From: Pirellulales bacterium | Lineage (GTDB): Bacteria; Planctomycetota; Planctomycetia; Pirellulales; JAICIG01 | Direction of reading: 5' to 3' | Assembly (NCBI GenBank): GCA_040901675.1 | Contig: JBBDYJ010000010.1 | Location: 76,211-140,210, forward strand | DNA length: 64,000 bases | In this document: positions 38,986 through 48,666 of the stretch, piece by piece | How positions within the stretch are numbered: position 1 is the stretch's first letter | Layout of the letters: every line of letters starts with the position of its first letter | Position numbers and translations under genes: made by a program | Notes under the pieces: generated by a model | The model's input: only the letters and a program-made list of their open reading frames with translations | Databases searched by the model: none | Told to the model about the DNA's origin: nothing

Positions 38986-39564
38986 ATGACGCAATCGATC
39001 CGCGAGGCCCAGCCCGCCGCTTCCGCGAGCAGGACCCCGATCGACTGGCGGGCGGCGTTGGCCCGTCACGATCGGTGGCTGCGCACGGTTGTGCTGGCCC
39101 GGCTGGGCGAACCGCAAGCGGTCGACGAGGTCATGCAGGAAGTTTCGCTGGCTGCCGTCGAGCAGCGCTCGCCGCTGGCAGACCCGGCCAAGGTGGCCCC
39201 CTGGTTATACCGCCTGGCGGTCACGCAGGCACTCCTCTACCGGCGCCGTTTAGGCCGGTGGCGCAAGCTGACCGATGGTTATGCCAGGCGGGTGCGGCCG
39301 AGCGAGGCCGACTCCCGCACCAGCGACCCGCTCGACTGGCTGCTGGCCGACGAGCGGCGAAAACTGGTGCGGACGGCCCTGGGGCGGCTGGCCCGCCGCG
39401 ACGCGGAGATCCTGCTGCTGAAGTACACCGAGGATTGGAGCTATCACCAGATTGCCGACCACCTGGGCATCGGCCACAGCGCCGTCGAGGCCCGCCTGTA
39501 CAAGGCCCGCAAGCGGCTGCGGTGCGAGTTGGCGGCCCTGAACATGGTCGGAGTAGAAACCTGA
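38986..39564 (+). CDS. ECF RNA polymerase sigma factor
   Basis: DEVMQEV, WLYRLA and region-4 SYHQIA.HLG....VEARLYKAR. Confidence 0.9.
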   Translation: MTQSIREAQPAASASRTPIDWRAALARHDRWLRTVVLARLGEPQAVDEVMQEVSLAAVEQRSPLADPAKVAPWLYRLAVTQALLYRRRLGRWRKLTDGYARRVRPSEADSRTSDPLDWLLADERRKLVRTALGRLARRDAEILLLKYTEDWSYHQIADHLGIGHSAVEARLYKARKRLRCELAALNMVGVET

Positions 39565-39599
39565 ACGGCCCTGGCTTCGCGCCGGGGCGAGCGGGACGC

Positions 39600-40349
39600 A
39601 TGAACACTATTCGAACGAGCTCAGAACCCGAACCCTTCGACCGCCAGCAACTGCTCGACCTCTTGGTCGACGGCGAACTGGACGCGGCGCGGCGGCGCGA
39701 ACTTTTGTCCTGGTGCCGGCACGATCCGGAAGGCTGGCGGCGCTGCGCCCTGGCCTTCCTGGAAGCCCAGAGCTGGCGGCAGGAACTGGGCGCGGCCGCT
39801 CAGCCCCGTGCAGTTGCGGTGCCGGCAGTTGCACTGCCGGCAGCGCGAACCGAGTCGCTCAAGACCCGGCCCTTGCGGTTTTGGATCGGCCCCTTGGCCA
39901 TGGCAGCCAGTTTTCTGCTGGCGTTCAGTCTCGGGCTGTTGTGGCGCGGCCGGCCGCAGGACGAGCTGCCGATTGCCGATCATCGGCCAGTAGGTTCCGA
40001 GCAGGTGGCCTCCAACCAGCGGGCGGAAAAAACGCCGCACGATCAGTTGGCCGGCGGCCAGGGCGCTGCCCCGCGGCCTTTGGCCAATGTGCGCTTGGTG
40101 GTCGATGGGCCGCAAGGCGCTTCCCAGGAGTTCGAGCTGCCGGTGATGGAAGGCGGCTCGCTGGATGAATTGCTGGCGGGGCAGGGCTCGGCGATTCCGG
40201 CCGAGGTGCAAAGAGCGTTTGAGCGGCTGGGGCACCGCGTGCGGCAGCGGCGGCAGTTGGTCCCCTTTGAACTGGAGGACGGGCGTCGCCTGATCGTGCC
40301 GGTGGACGAGGTCGACGTCCACCCGGTTGGTGACTGGTCCTTTCAATAA
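39600..40349 (+). CDS. Putative membrane-anchored anti-sigma factor
   Basis: LLDLLVDGELD...R anti-sigma-like N-terminus and a single TM (AMAASFLLAFSLGLLW), directly downstream of the ECF gene. Confidence 0.7.
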   Translation: MNTIRTSSEPEPFDRQQLLDLLVDGELDAARRRELLSWCRHDPEGWRRCALAFLEAQSWRQELGAAAQPRAVAVPAVALPAARTESLKTRPLRFWIGPLAMAASFLLAFSLGLLWRGRPQDELPIADHRPVGSEQVASNQRAEKTPHDQLAGGQGAAPRPLANVRLVVDGPQGASQEFELPVMEGGSLDELLAGQGSAIPAEVQRAFERLGHRVRQRRQLVPFELEDGRRLIVPVDEVDVHPVGDWSFQ

Positions 40350-40398
40350 GTGCCTTGACTTGGAGACGGCCGAAAAACTGGCGTAATCGGAGTGGTCT

Positions 40399-40433
40399 GG
40401 GTGCCTGGGGCAAAGCGATAAGCGTGCCCCAGT
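40399..40433 (-). repeat. Copy of the 35-bp REP-like element found at 26001-26339
   Basis: Exact reverse complement of 26305-26339. Confidence 0.85.
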
Positions 40434-40500
40434 CGGTGTTCACAGCTTTTTCTAGGTCAATCTTGGGTTCATTTCGGTCGTTCAAACAGGAAAGGAGCTT

Positions 40501-41517
40501 GTGATGCGGATATCCACAGACAACCTGTTGTGCAGGGCGGGCTGGCTGGGCGTGGCGGCCGGAGCGTTGCTACTGGGCAGCTCGGCACTGGCCCAGGAAA
40601 TTCGAGAGGAAGTGAGCGACGTGCTCAAGTCCGATGACGATGCCGCCCCAGGTGATGTCCTGGGCGAGCACTGGATTGGAGTGATGTGCACCGACGTGCC
40701 CGACGTGCTGCGAGCGCACCTGGATCTGCCCAAGGAGCAGGGAATCCTGATCGTGGAAGTGCCGGCCGACAGTCCCGCTTCCAAAGCCGGCTTGGAAAAG
40801 AACGACGTGATCGTGGCCGTCGAGGATAAGCCGATTTCCAGCCCGAGGGAACTGCTGGAAGCGGTTCGCTCAGCCGGCGAGCGCGAGCTTACGGTTCGAT
40901 ATCTGCGAGGGGGTAAGGAGCATGCCGCCATGATCAAGCCGGCGAAACGGCCCGACGAATACCGTCCGGGGCAGCCATCGCAGCCGGGAGAGGACCAGCG
41001 GGCCATTGAGAAGTGGTTCAAGCTGCCTCTTGCTCCCTTCAGGATGCGCACGTTTCAACCGGGCATGGTCCTGCCGCCGGGCGCCAAAGTGGACAACTCA
41101 CTGCCGGACGACATGAGCGTGAACGTTTTCAAGAAAGGGGACGAGCCGGCCAAGATCACGGTGAAGCAAGCCGATGAAACCTGGGAGGTGACCGAAGACA
41201 GCCTCGACAAGCTTCCCGCCGAGATCCGCGGGCACGTCGAGCGGATGCTGGGTCGCATGCCGCTGGCGATGGGCCCCTGGAAGGACATGATCGATCGATG
41301 GTCGCCACCGGGGCGGCTGGACCCCTGGAACGACTTCAATATCGAAGTCGTCCCGCCAGACGTCGCCCCCGATCGCTTCCCTGGTCAGTTCCCTGGCCGC
41401 CGGCCCTTCACCGGCGAAGCGCCCGAAGGATTGGAGCAAACGCTCGAGCGGCTCAACCGCGAGCTAGAGCAACTGCGCAAGGCGGTCGAAAAGCTCGAAG
41501 ACAAAGCTGGGACCTAG
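40501..41517 (+). CDS. Secreted PDZ-domain protein
   Basis: Signal peptide ending ALA-Q. PDZ motifs WIGV, GILIVEV..DSPA.KAGL..NDVI. No trypsin catalytic motifs. Confidence 0.82.
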   Translation: MMRISTDNLLCRAGWLGVAAGALLLGSSALAQEIREEVSDVLKSDDDAAPGDVLGEHWIGVMCTDVPDVLRAHLDLPKEQGILIVEVPADSPASKAGLEKNDVIVAVEDKPISSPRELLEAVRSAGERELTVRYLRGGKEHAAMIKPAKRPDEYRPGQPSQPGEDQRAIEKWFKLPLAPFRMRTFQPGMVLPPGAKVDNSLPDDMSVNVFKKGDEPAKITVKQADETWEVTEDSLDKLPAEIRGHVERMLGRMPLAMGPWKDMIDRWSPPGRLDPWNDFNIEVVPPDVAPDRFPGQFPGRRPFTGEAPEGLEQTLERLNRELEQLRKAVEKLEDKAGT

Positions 41518-41562
41518 AGCAGGGCGGGCGCCCGTAGCCACTCGGGTGCCCGCTCTGTTCTA
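41515..41562 (+). terminator. Long GC-rich hairpin after the PDZ gene (probable terminator)
   Basis: tagagcagggcgggcgcccg pairs with cgggtgcccgctctgttcta (20 bp including G-U pairs). Weak U-tract. Confidence 0.5.
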
Positions 41563-41579
41563 TCCGAGCGAAACCCCAT

Positions 41580-41744
41580 ACTAACCCGACGCGCCAGCGA
41601 GGACGCCGGACGATCCACGCCAGCGGAGGCAGAGATCTTCATGGGCCGCGGACGGGCTGGAAATCAGGCGGTCAGAGGGCAGGAAGACGTCGGCCTCAAA
41701 CGGGGTAGCACGGCCAAACGCCCTCGCTAGCGCGTCGGGTTGGT
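41580..41744. repeat. Inverted REP-like pair
   Basis: actaacccgacgcgccagcgagg (41580-41602) versus cctcgctagcgcgtcgggttggt (41722-41744). Confidence 0.75.
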
Positions 41745-41775
41745 GTTGGGCGCACTAAGCCCCAAGCTCCAACAA

Positions 41776-43005
41776 TCACTTTCTGACCTGCTCGAAGTAA
41801 TTCACCCCTTTCTTGTTCGAAGTCACTACGTCCAACAGCCCGTCGCCGTTGACGTCGGCCACCTCGAACTGAGTGCCCACGCCGCTGTCGTGGTCGAACT
41901 GGTGCGGCGTCCAAACCGGCTTGCCGTCCTCGCGCGTCAGCCGGAACCAGTACATCACGGCCGGGGCTTCGGGTGCCACGTCCCCCTTGGGGCCGTGCGC
42001 CCACCAGCGCTTGCCGGTAACAAAATCCATCAGCCCATCCTGGTCGATGTCCGCCAGGCAGAGCGCGTGCGTCTGCGAGAAGCTGCGATCGATCAGGTGC
42101 GTCCGCCAGCCGTCGGCCGTCTGCTCGTGCCACCAGATGCCAATCTGGTGCGCCGCCGAAGTCAGCACGTCGTTGTCGCCGTCGCCGTCGAAATCGTAGA
42201 CGTGCATCTGAGCGCAGTTCTCGCCAAAATCGACCGGATGGAACTTCCAGGGGGTCGCCTCGCCGGCCGGCGCCTCCCACCAGCCTTCCCTGACCAGTAC
42301 ATCCTGCCGGCCGTCGCCGTTCACGTCGCCCACCCCCAGCCCGTGCGAGTACTTCATCGCACCCGGGGCGCCCTTGTCCGAGATGGCCGCCAGCGACCAG
42401 AGCTGGTACGGATCCGACCCTCGCCTGGCGATTCCCATTCGCCTTTCCGGGCCGTCGACGTCCTCGGGATTGGGCGAAAAGCCGAGCACCAGCTCACGCT
42501 GCCCGTCCCCATCCACGTCGAGCATCGTCGGGCTTTCGTTGTTGGTCACGGGAGTCAGCACGTGCCGCTTCCAGGGCCCGCCGGCAGTCTGCGGGTTCTC
42601 GAACCACCACGTCTCCTTGCCGGGAAAATCGGCCACGATCAGGTCGGTCCAGCCGTCGCCATTGAGGTCCTCGGCCCAGTTGCAAAAGCTGTTGCTGTAG
42701 TCCAGGGGATCGTACTGCGCGGGCTTGTCGAGGACCGAATGCATCTTCCAATCCGGGGCCTCGTACCAGACGCTGCCGGCGGCGATGTCCAGCTTGCCGT
42801 CGTTGTTAAAGTCCCCGACCGCCACGCCTTCGCTGCGGAACGTTGCGTCGAGCTGCGTGCGCTTGAAGTGGATTCCGGCCGCCTTCTTGCTCCCTTCGTC
42901 GTCCGACGCGCGGACCGACTCCGTCAAACCGCCGAGCACCAACGCCGCCGCGCCCAGCCGAACCCACGCCAACGCCGCCCGATTCAATCCAATCATCGAA
43001 GTCAC
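41776..43005 (-). CDS. Secreted FG-GAP/VCBS-repeat beta-propeller protein
   Basis: Signal peptide and seven DxxxDGxxD-type motifs (DFNNDGKLD, DLNGDGWTD, DVDGDGQRE, DVNGDGRQD, DFDGDGDND, DIDQDGLMD, DVNGDGLLD). Confidence 0.88.
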   Translation of the reverse strand: MTSMIGLNRAALAWVRLGAAALVLGGLTESVRASDDEGSKKAAGIHFKRTQLDATFRSEGVAVGDFNNDGKLDIAAGSVWYEAPDWKMHSVLDKPAQYDPLDYSNSFCNWAEDLNGDGWTDLIVADFPGKETWWFENPQTAGGPWKRHVLTPVTNNESPTMLDVDGDGQRELVLGFSPNPEDVDGPERRMGIARRGSDPYQLWSLAAISDKGAPGAMKYSHGLGVGDVNGDGRQDVLVREGWWEAPAGEATPWKFHPVDFGENCAQMHVYDFDGDGDNDVLTSAAHQIGIWWHEQTADGWRTHLIDRSFSQTHALCLADIDQDGLMDFVTGKRWWAHGPKGDVAPEAPAVMYWFRLTREDGKPVWTPHQFDHDSGVGTQFEVADVNGDGLLDVVTSNKKGVNYFEQVRK

Positions 43006-43227
43006 CCATCCCGAAGTGAGTTGAAGGTTTTCAGCCGCTCATGCCCGATTAGTCTAATCGCCCGGCCGGCCCGGCGATAGCTTTTGGTGTGTCCTTACAT
43101 TGACCGCGTCCCGCAGCGCGGTCGCGCCTGCCAGGCTTCCAGAGGCCACCGGCAGCACCTAAAATATTGCCGCATTCGTGCGATTGTCGCTGCGGCCGTC
43201 TTGCGATCTCGAACCAGGCCATCCGGC

Positions 43228-44091
43228 GTGAAGATACTGTTTGCCATCGCGCACTATTACCACCCGACGCCGGGCGGCCGATACGGCTCGCAGTCGGCCA
43301 AGCCCCAGCGCCGGCTGCAAGCTCTCGCCGCCTGCATCTCGGCGGTACACCAGGTGCTCGGCGGCCGGCAACGCATTCTGGACATCGCCCGGCGGCTGGC
43401 CGTGCCGGCCAACCAGTCCCTCAGCCACCAGGTCGACGTGGTGGTCGCGACGACGGGCGACCGGCACCTGCTGGGGCAGTTGCCGGTGGCGGTCGACCTG
43501 TACCGACAGCATGCCACCCAGGCCGAGCCGCTGCTGCTGGGCTTCGAGTGCCAGGCGGTGCTCCGCGACGCCCTGGGGCAGTATGATTATTACTGCTACC
43601 TGGAAGACGACCTGGTGTTGCACGATCCCTGGTTCTTCCAGAAGCTGGCCTGGTTCGATCGCCTGGCACCGGCCGACTGCCTGCTGCAGCCCTGCCGCTA
43701 CGAGATGCCGGCCTACGTGGTGGCCCACAAGCTCTACGTGGACGGCGACCTGGCGCCGCACGTGGCGGGCCGCTTTCGCCGGCAGCCGGCCCCGGGCGAC
43801 GTCGAGGGCGAGACGTTGGGAGCCAGCGTGCAGTTCAGCCCGGCTTTGAACCCGCACTCGGGCTGTTACTTTCTCAACGACCGCCAGATGCGGCAGTGGG
43901 CGTCGCAGCCGCACTTTCTCGACCGCGACACGAGCTTTGTCGGCCCTCTGGAAAGCGCGGCCACGTTAGGCATCCTGAAGACGTTTCACGTCTACAAGCC
44001 GGTTGCCGGCCAGGCCGGCTTCCTGGAGATCGAGCACTTCGGCACGCAGTTTCTCAGCCTGGTCGGCAACCAGGTGCGGCTGGCCGACTAG
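43228..44091 (+). CDS. Hypothetical protein, possibly GT-A glycosyltransferase-like
   Basis: GTG start, host-like codon usage, YDYYCYLEDDL acidic motif after a beta strand, NPHSG and LEIEH. Confidence 0.65.
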   Translation: MKILFAIAHYYHPTPGGRYGSQSAKPQRRLQALAACISAVHQVLGGRQRILDIARRLAVPANQSLSHQVDVVVATTGDRHLLGQLPVAVDLYRQHATQAEPLLLGFECQAVLRDALGQYDYYCYLEDDLVLHDPWFFQKLAWFDRLAPADCLLQPCRYEMPAYVVAHKLYVDGDLAPHVAGRFRRQPAPGDVEGETLGASVQFSPALNPHSGCYFLNDRQMRQWASQPHFLDRDTSFVGPLESAATLGILKTFHVYKPVAGQAGFLEIEHFGTQFLSLVGNQVRLAD

Positions 44092-44153
44092 ACTAGAAAG
44101 CTAGCTTAGCCTGACTGCCCGACAACCTTCAACCTTGAACAAGCTGAATCACC

Positions 44154-45551
44154 ATGTCAAACCCGCGCGATTTCGGTGCCGCCGGCGACGGCCAGACCGA
44201 CGATACCGAGGCCATCCAGCACGCGATCGAGCAGGGAGACGGCCCGCTCTACTTTCCGCCCGGCGACTACCGGATCACGCGGACGATCGTCGTGGAGCTC
44301 GCCCGGACGGGCCGCTTTGGAATGGATGGCGCGCTGGGCACGGCCAAGCTGCTGATGGCCGGGCCGGGCCCCGCATTTCACCTGGTCGGGACGCACGACA
44401 AGTCGGCGGATCCGGCCGGTTTCGCCCCTGCCGCCTGGGCCGGCCAACGTATGCCGCTGGTCCAAAACGTGGAGATCGAGGGCCGCCACCCGGAGGCGTG
44501 CGGCTTTCTAGTGGAAGGGACGATGCAGTCCACGTTTGCCGGCGTGCTCTTGCGGCAGCTTCGGGACGGAATCCGCCTCCACCGGCGGGCCCGGAACGTG
44601 CTGGTGACTCACTGCCACATCTACGACAACCGGGGCGTCGGGATCTTCCTCGATCACGTCAACCTGCACCAGGCCATCATCACCGGTTCTCACGTCAGCT
44701 ACTGCCGCGGCGGCGGCATCAAGATCGTTGGCTCCGAGATCCGCAACCTGCAGATCACCGGCAACGACATCGAGTACAACTACGACCCGCAGGCCGCTGC
44801 CTCGGCCGACGTCTGGATCGACTGTTCCGAAGAGGGCTCCACCGTCCGCGAGGGGACGATCGTCAGCAACACCGTCCAGGCCAAGTACAGTCCCGGCGGG
44901 GCCAACGTGCGGATCATCGGCCAGCATCCCCGGGTCAACCACCGCGCGGGCCTGTGGACGATCTCCAACAACCTGATCGGCAGCCAGGAGATCAACGTGC
45001 ACCTGGCGGCCTGCCGCGGCGTCACGGTCAGCGGCAACGTGATCTACAGCGGGCATGTCCGCAACCTCCAGCTCGACGGCTCGCGAAACATCGTGCTGGC
45101 GGCCAACTGTTTCGACCACAATCCCGATTACGGCGAACAGGAGCTGTGCACCGGCGTCCGCCTGGCCGATTCGCACGACGTTGTGCTGTCAGGCAGCCTG
45201 GTTCACGACTGCCAGGCCGGCCGGCACACGGTGGCCGGCGCGCCGGAGCTGGTGCGGGAAGGGCTGTTGGAGATCGTGCGGTGCCGGCGCGTGGCCGTCA
45301 GCGGCTGCGAGGTGCTGGACGGAGCGCCGCACGGCATTTACGTGGAGGAGTCCGATGACGTGAGCATCACCGGCTGCACGGTGCTGGATAGCCGGCTGGA
45401 GAAGAAGAGCACCGCCGCGATCTGTTTCCGGGGCACCGGCCGGGGCAACCTGGTGGCCGGAAACCGGTTGGGCGCGGGTGCGGAATCAGCCGTCGAGGCA
45501 GACGCCGCGGCCGGCGTACGGGTCGGAGAGAACTGGACCGATGGTTCTTAA
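44154..45551 (+). CDS. Right-handed parallel beta-helix (pectate-lyase-superfamily) protein
   Basis: DFGAAGDGQTDDTEAIQ...YFPPGDY followed by repeated I.GN/IS.N strands. Confidence 0.85.
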   Translation: MSNPRDFGAAGDGQTDDTEAIQHAIEQGDGPLYFPPGDYRITRTIVVELARTGRFGMDGALGTAKLLMAGPGPAFHLVGTHDKSADPAGFAPAAWAGQRMPLVQNVEIEGRHPEACGFLVEGTMQSTFAGVLLRQLRDGIRLHRRARNVLVTHCHIYDNRGVGIFLDHVNLHQAIITGSHVSYCRGGGIKIVGSEIRNLQITGNDIEYNYDPQAAASADVWIDCSEEGSTVREGTIVSNTVQAKYSPGGANVRIIGQHPRVNHRAGLWTISNNLIGSQEINVHLAACRGVTVSGNVIYSGHVRNLQLDGSRNIVLAANCFDHNPDYGEQELCTGVRLADSHDVVLSGSLVHDCQAGRHTVAGAPELVREGLLEIVRCRRVAVSGCEVLDGAPHGIYVEESDDVSITGCTVLDSRLEKKSTAAICFRGTGRGNLVAGNRLGAGAESAVEADAAAGVRVGENWTDGS

Positions 45552-45565
45552 GGAACTACCGATGG

Positions 45566-45871
45566 GCCACCACCGCCAGCGATGGCGACCTGGTTCACCT
45601 TGGCGCGCTGCCCCGCCTGCGTCGGTTGGACCTCGACGATACGCAGACTGGCGACTTTGGCCTCGCGCATCTGGCAGACCACCGCGGAATCGATTCGCTG
45701 GACCTGGACGGAACGCAGGTGAGCGACTCGGGCGTCGTGCATCTCTCCAACTTCAGCAGCCTGCAATGGCTAAAACTTGCCAGGACTCAAATCACTGATG
45801 CTGGGCTGCTGCACTTGAAGGGGTGCGCCGCGCTTCAGTTCCTAAGTTTGGAGGAAACGGCGGTGACCGGC
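45566..45871 (+). pseudogene. Leucine-rich-repeat gene remnant (about four 24-aa LRRs)
   Basis: SDGDLVHLGALPRLRRLDLDDTQT / GDFGLAHLADHRGIDSLDLDGTQV / SDSGVVHLSNFSSLQWLKLARTQI / TDAGLLHLKGCAALQFLSLEETAVT. No proper start, and the pattern stops abruptly. Confidence 0.75.
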
Positions 45872-45873
45872 AC

Positions 45874-45909
45874 CGAGAGGATGTCCGTATCGAGGAGCGA
45901 AGCGTCCAT
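45874..45909 (-). pseudogene. Truncated PIN/VapC toxin stub (MDASLLDTDILS)
   Basis: ATG 4 nt after the stop of the 89-aa ORF. LLDTDILS matches the PIN N-terminal motif. After 12 codons the sequence switches to antisense LRR DNA. Confidence 0.6.
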
Positions 45910-45913
45910 GACT

Positions 45914-46183
45914 TTAATCGAACGAGCGGCTGGTGGTCGACCGGACAATAGACTTCTCGATCTCGTCGATCTCGTCGACCGTAAGTCCCTCGTAGACGTT
46001 GCACCAGTCGGGAAGCCCACCCACCGGCTGCCGCGCCGCATCCGGTGGAGTCGCGGCCATGTCGAGGTTCACCACGCTGATGATGATCTGCTGATTCTCG
46101 AGCAGCTCTCGTCCGACCACGTGCTCTAGCACCTCGCGGTCAGCCGAATCGATGTCCCGGACGTTGCGGACAATGTTTTCCAT
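45914..46183 (-). CDS. Small acidic protein, putative antitoxin
   Basis: 89 aa with acidic C-terminus (YEGLTVDEIDEIE), directly upstream of the PIN stub. Confidence 0.6.
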   Translation of the reverse strand: MENIVRNVRDIDSADREVLEHVVGRELLENQQIIISVVNLDMAATPPDAARQPVGGLPDWCNVYEGLTVDEIDEIEKSIVRSTTSRSFD

Positions 46184-46346
46184 GTCCCAATTCTAACCCG
46201 TAAACCCAATCTGCGACAATCAGAAACGGGGGGACGGAAGCCGAGGATACGACATGACAATTCCGCATCCGCGCTCCGATCAGTGATGCACTGCGGTCGC
46301 CCGCTCCGCGGGCTAAAGGGGCTGGCGCCCCGGCGGGCTTCGACGG

Positions 46347-48056
46347 CTACAAGAGCGTGCCGGAGGAGCGGACGACCTGCTCGACCGTGTCGAGCAACTG
46401 ATCGAGACGGAAGGGCTTGTAGAGCACGGCCTGCAGGCCCGCCTGGCGGGCCTTGACGATCGAATGGCCCGGATCGTAGCCAAACCCGGTCATCAGCACC
46501 AACGGCACGTGCTCCATGATGCTCTGCAGCTTCACCATCACCTCGTAACCGGTCATGTCCGGCAGGCGGATGTCGGCGATGATCACGTCGTAGCTCTGGC
46601 CCGCGCTCAGATTGCGGACCATGAAGATGGCCTCGCCTCCGTCGTGGGCCGTCTCGACCACGCAGCCGTACCGCTCGAGCAGGGCGTGGGCGGCGCTGCG
46701 GACCGATTCGTCGGCGTCGGCCACCAGCACCTGCAAGCCCCGCAGCAACGGCCGCTCGCTGTAGTGCAGGGCCTGCGGATGGGCCTGGCTGGGAGCCATC
46801 TGCTGCCCGACTTTCTGGATCACCTGCTTGATGTCGCGGGCGTTGCGCAGCACGCGCTGCAAGCGCTCGGCCACTTCGGGCTCGTGGCCGATGTACCGCT
46901 CCAGGATGTTCACGGCGTCGTTGAGGATGTCGTCCACGGGCAGCGCCACGGCGCTGTGGATGGCCTCGACGCTTTCGGCGGCGGTGCTGGCCTTTTCGGC
47001 CACCAGCAGCTCCAGCGTATTGAGGGCCAAGGCCACGTCGCGGGTGAAGATCTCCAAAAACTGCAGGTCGCTCTCGCTGAAGGCCCTCGGCTCGGGGCTC
47101 TCGACGTTGAACGTGCCGATGACCTCGTCGTGCAAGACCAGCGGCACGGTCAGCGAGCTCTTGGCCCCCTTGGCGCCTTCCAGGTACAAGGGGTCCTCGG
47201 TGGTGTCCTCGCAGAGGTAGCTCTTGCCCGTGGCCGCCACGAACCCCGTCACCCCGTTGTTCTGCGGCTGGGCGTACAGCGCCCGATCGGTGGCTTCAGG
47301 AACGAGTCCTTCCGAGAGGAGCGGCTCCAGCCGGCCGGTCTTCGAGTCGAGCAGGCGGATCTCGACCACGTTGAAGTTCAACAGGTCGCGCGTGTAGTGC
47401 AGGATGTTCGACTTCAACAGCTCGATCCGCTCCTCGACAGTCATGTGGAACAGCTCGTCGGGCGTCAGGTTGGCCAGCTCGATGCCGGCCTGATGGATGG
47501 CCGCCAGCTTCTGCTGCTGCAGGACTTCGGCGGTCACGTCGCGGATGGTAACCACCAGGTTTCTGGGCGGGCCCTCGGTCTCGATTAAGGGCGCGGCGTG
47601 TACCCGGTAGAAGTGATTGTCGCTGGACCGCAAGGTCGAGCTGCTGCCGCGGCCGGTGGCCAGGGCGGTGTGAAACGGGCAAAAGTCGGGGCCGAGGATC
47701 TCCGGGCTGCCCAGCACGGCGTAAAAGTTCTCGCCGATCACGGTCTCGCGGCTGCACCACTCGCGCAAGCGGCCGTTGCCCCAGATGATCGTGTTGTCGC
47801 TGTCGAGCAGGACCACGCCGTCGGGCATGCCCTGCAGGATCCGCTCGTTCTGCAGGAGCTTGCCGATCCGCAAAGCCTCACGAAGATGCTCGGCGGCCAC
47901 GTAGACGCCGGCAAATTCCTCGCGGGTCAGCCGGGTCAAGGCGCGGATCGGGCTGTGTACGGGGACGACTTCGAACGAGTCGACCAGCGACGATATGGGT
48001 GCACCCTGCCCCTCTTGGGGAGTTCCGACAAACAGTAGTTTCGGTTTCTCCGACAA
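46347..48056 (-). CDS. PAS-GAF-receiver signalling protein without a kinase ATPase domain
   Basis: PAS (ILQGMPDGVVLLD...RDVT), GAF (SSLTVPL...IGTFNVES...F) and C-terminal REC (ADAD, DIRLPDMTG, TG, KPF). Confidence 0.82.
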   Translation of the reverse strand: MSEKPKLLFVGTPQEGQGAPISSLVDSFEVVPVHSPIRALTRLTREEFAGVYVAAEHLREALRIGKLLQNERILQGMPDGVVLLDSDNTIIWGNGRLREWCSRETVIGENFYAVLGSPEILGPDFCPFHTALATGRGSSSTLRSSDNHFYRVHAAPLIETEGPPRNLVVTIRDVTAEVLQQQKLAAIHQAGIELANLTPDELFHMTVEERIELLKSNILHYTRDLLNFNVVEIRLLDSKTGRLEPLLSEGLVPEATDRALYAQPQNNGVTGFVAATGKSYLCEDTTEDPLYLEGAKGAKSSLTVPLVLHDEVIGTFNVESPEPRAFSESDLQFLEIFTRDVALALNTLELLVAEKASTAAESVEAIHSAVALPVDDILNDAVNILERYIGHEPEVAERLQRVLRNARDIKQVIQKVGQQMAPSQAHPQALHYSERPLLRGLQVLVADADESVRSAAHALLERYGCVVETAHDGGEAIFMVRNLSAGQSYDVIIADIRLPDMTGYEVMVKLQSIMEHVPLVLMTGFGYDPGHSIVKARQAGLQAVLYKPFRLDQLLDTVEQVVRSSGTLL

Positions 48057-48411
48057 GCGCGCGTCGCTCCAGAAAATCGCCAGTCGCCGCCGGTATTATA
48101 GAATCGCTTGAAAATCCGAACAACCGTCGTCCACGCGCCTTCCGTCCTGATTCATCGGACGGTTCGCCGCTTCGACATTCGCCTCGGGGGCCGGCGGCCG
48201 CTGAATTGGCCACCGGCGGCTCCGAGCTTGCCTGCTCTGCCTTGCGTGGCACCTGGCAGGAAGGTGAAGCCTCTACGGATCAAGCCGTCTGTGGCGCGGC
48301 TGCCGCCTGTACCAACGGCGGCCGATTGCCCCAAGGGGCCGCGGATCCCGGTCGATACGACTTAAAAGCGACACTCTCATCCCCGGACCTGTCTTCAAAA
48401 GGACGACAGTC

Positions 48412-48666
48412 ATGTGGCGCGCGTTGTTCCTGGCCCTGGGCGCGTATGCCTGCCTGCTGGGATTCGAATGCCTGGTAATCGACAAGGCGGTCCTGGCCGA
48501 GAGCCGCCAGGCGGCGCCCGGACTGCTGGCACGTATGAATCCGGCCCGCGGACCAGGCCGCGACCTGACCCCGTCCGACTGGGCCCCCTGGAGCCTGCTG
48601 TCAGCCGGAGCGGTGACGATGCTCTACTCGTTCACGATCCCCCAGCGGGTCAAGTCGAAGGCTTAG
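48412..48666 (+). CDS. Small two-TM membrane protein
   Basis: AGGA RBS; MWRALFLALG... and PWSLLSAGAVTMLYS. Confidence 0.7.
   Translation: MWRALFLALGAYACLLGFECLVIDKAVLAESRQAAPGLLARMNPARGPGRDLTPSDWAPWSLLSAGAVTMLYSFTIPQRVKSKA

Noticed and set aside
45626..46129. Intact 167-aa LRR protein
   Set aside because: The TTG start falls inside a repeat, and the C-terminal half is antisense to the PIN stub and the 89-aa gene.
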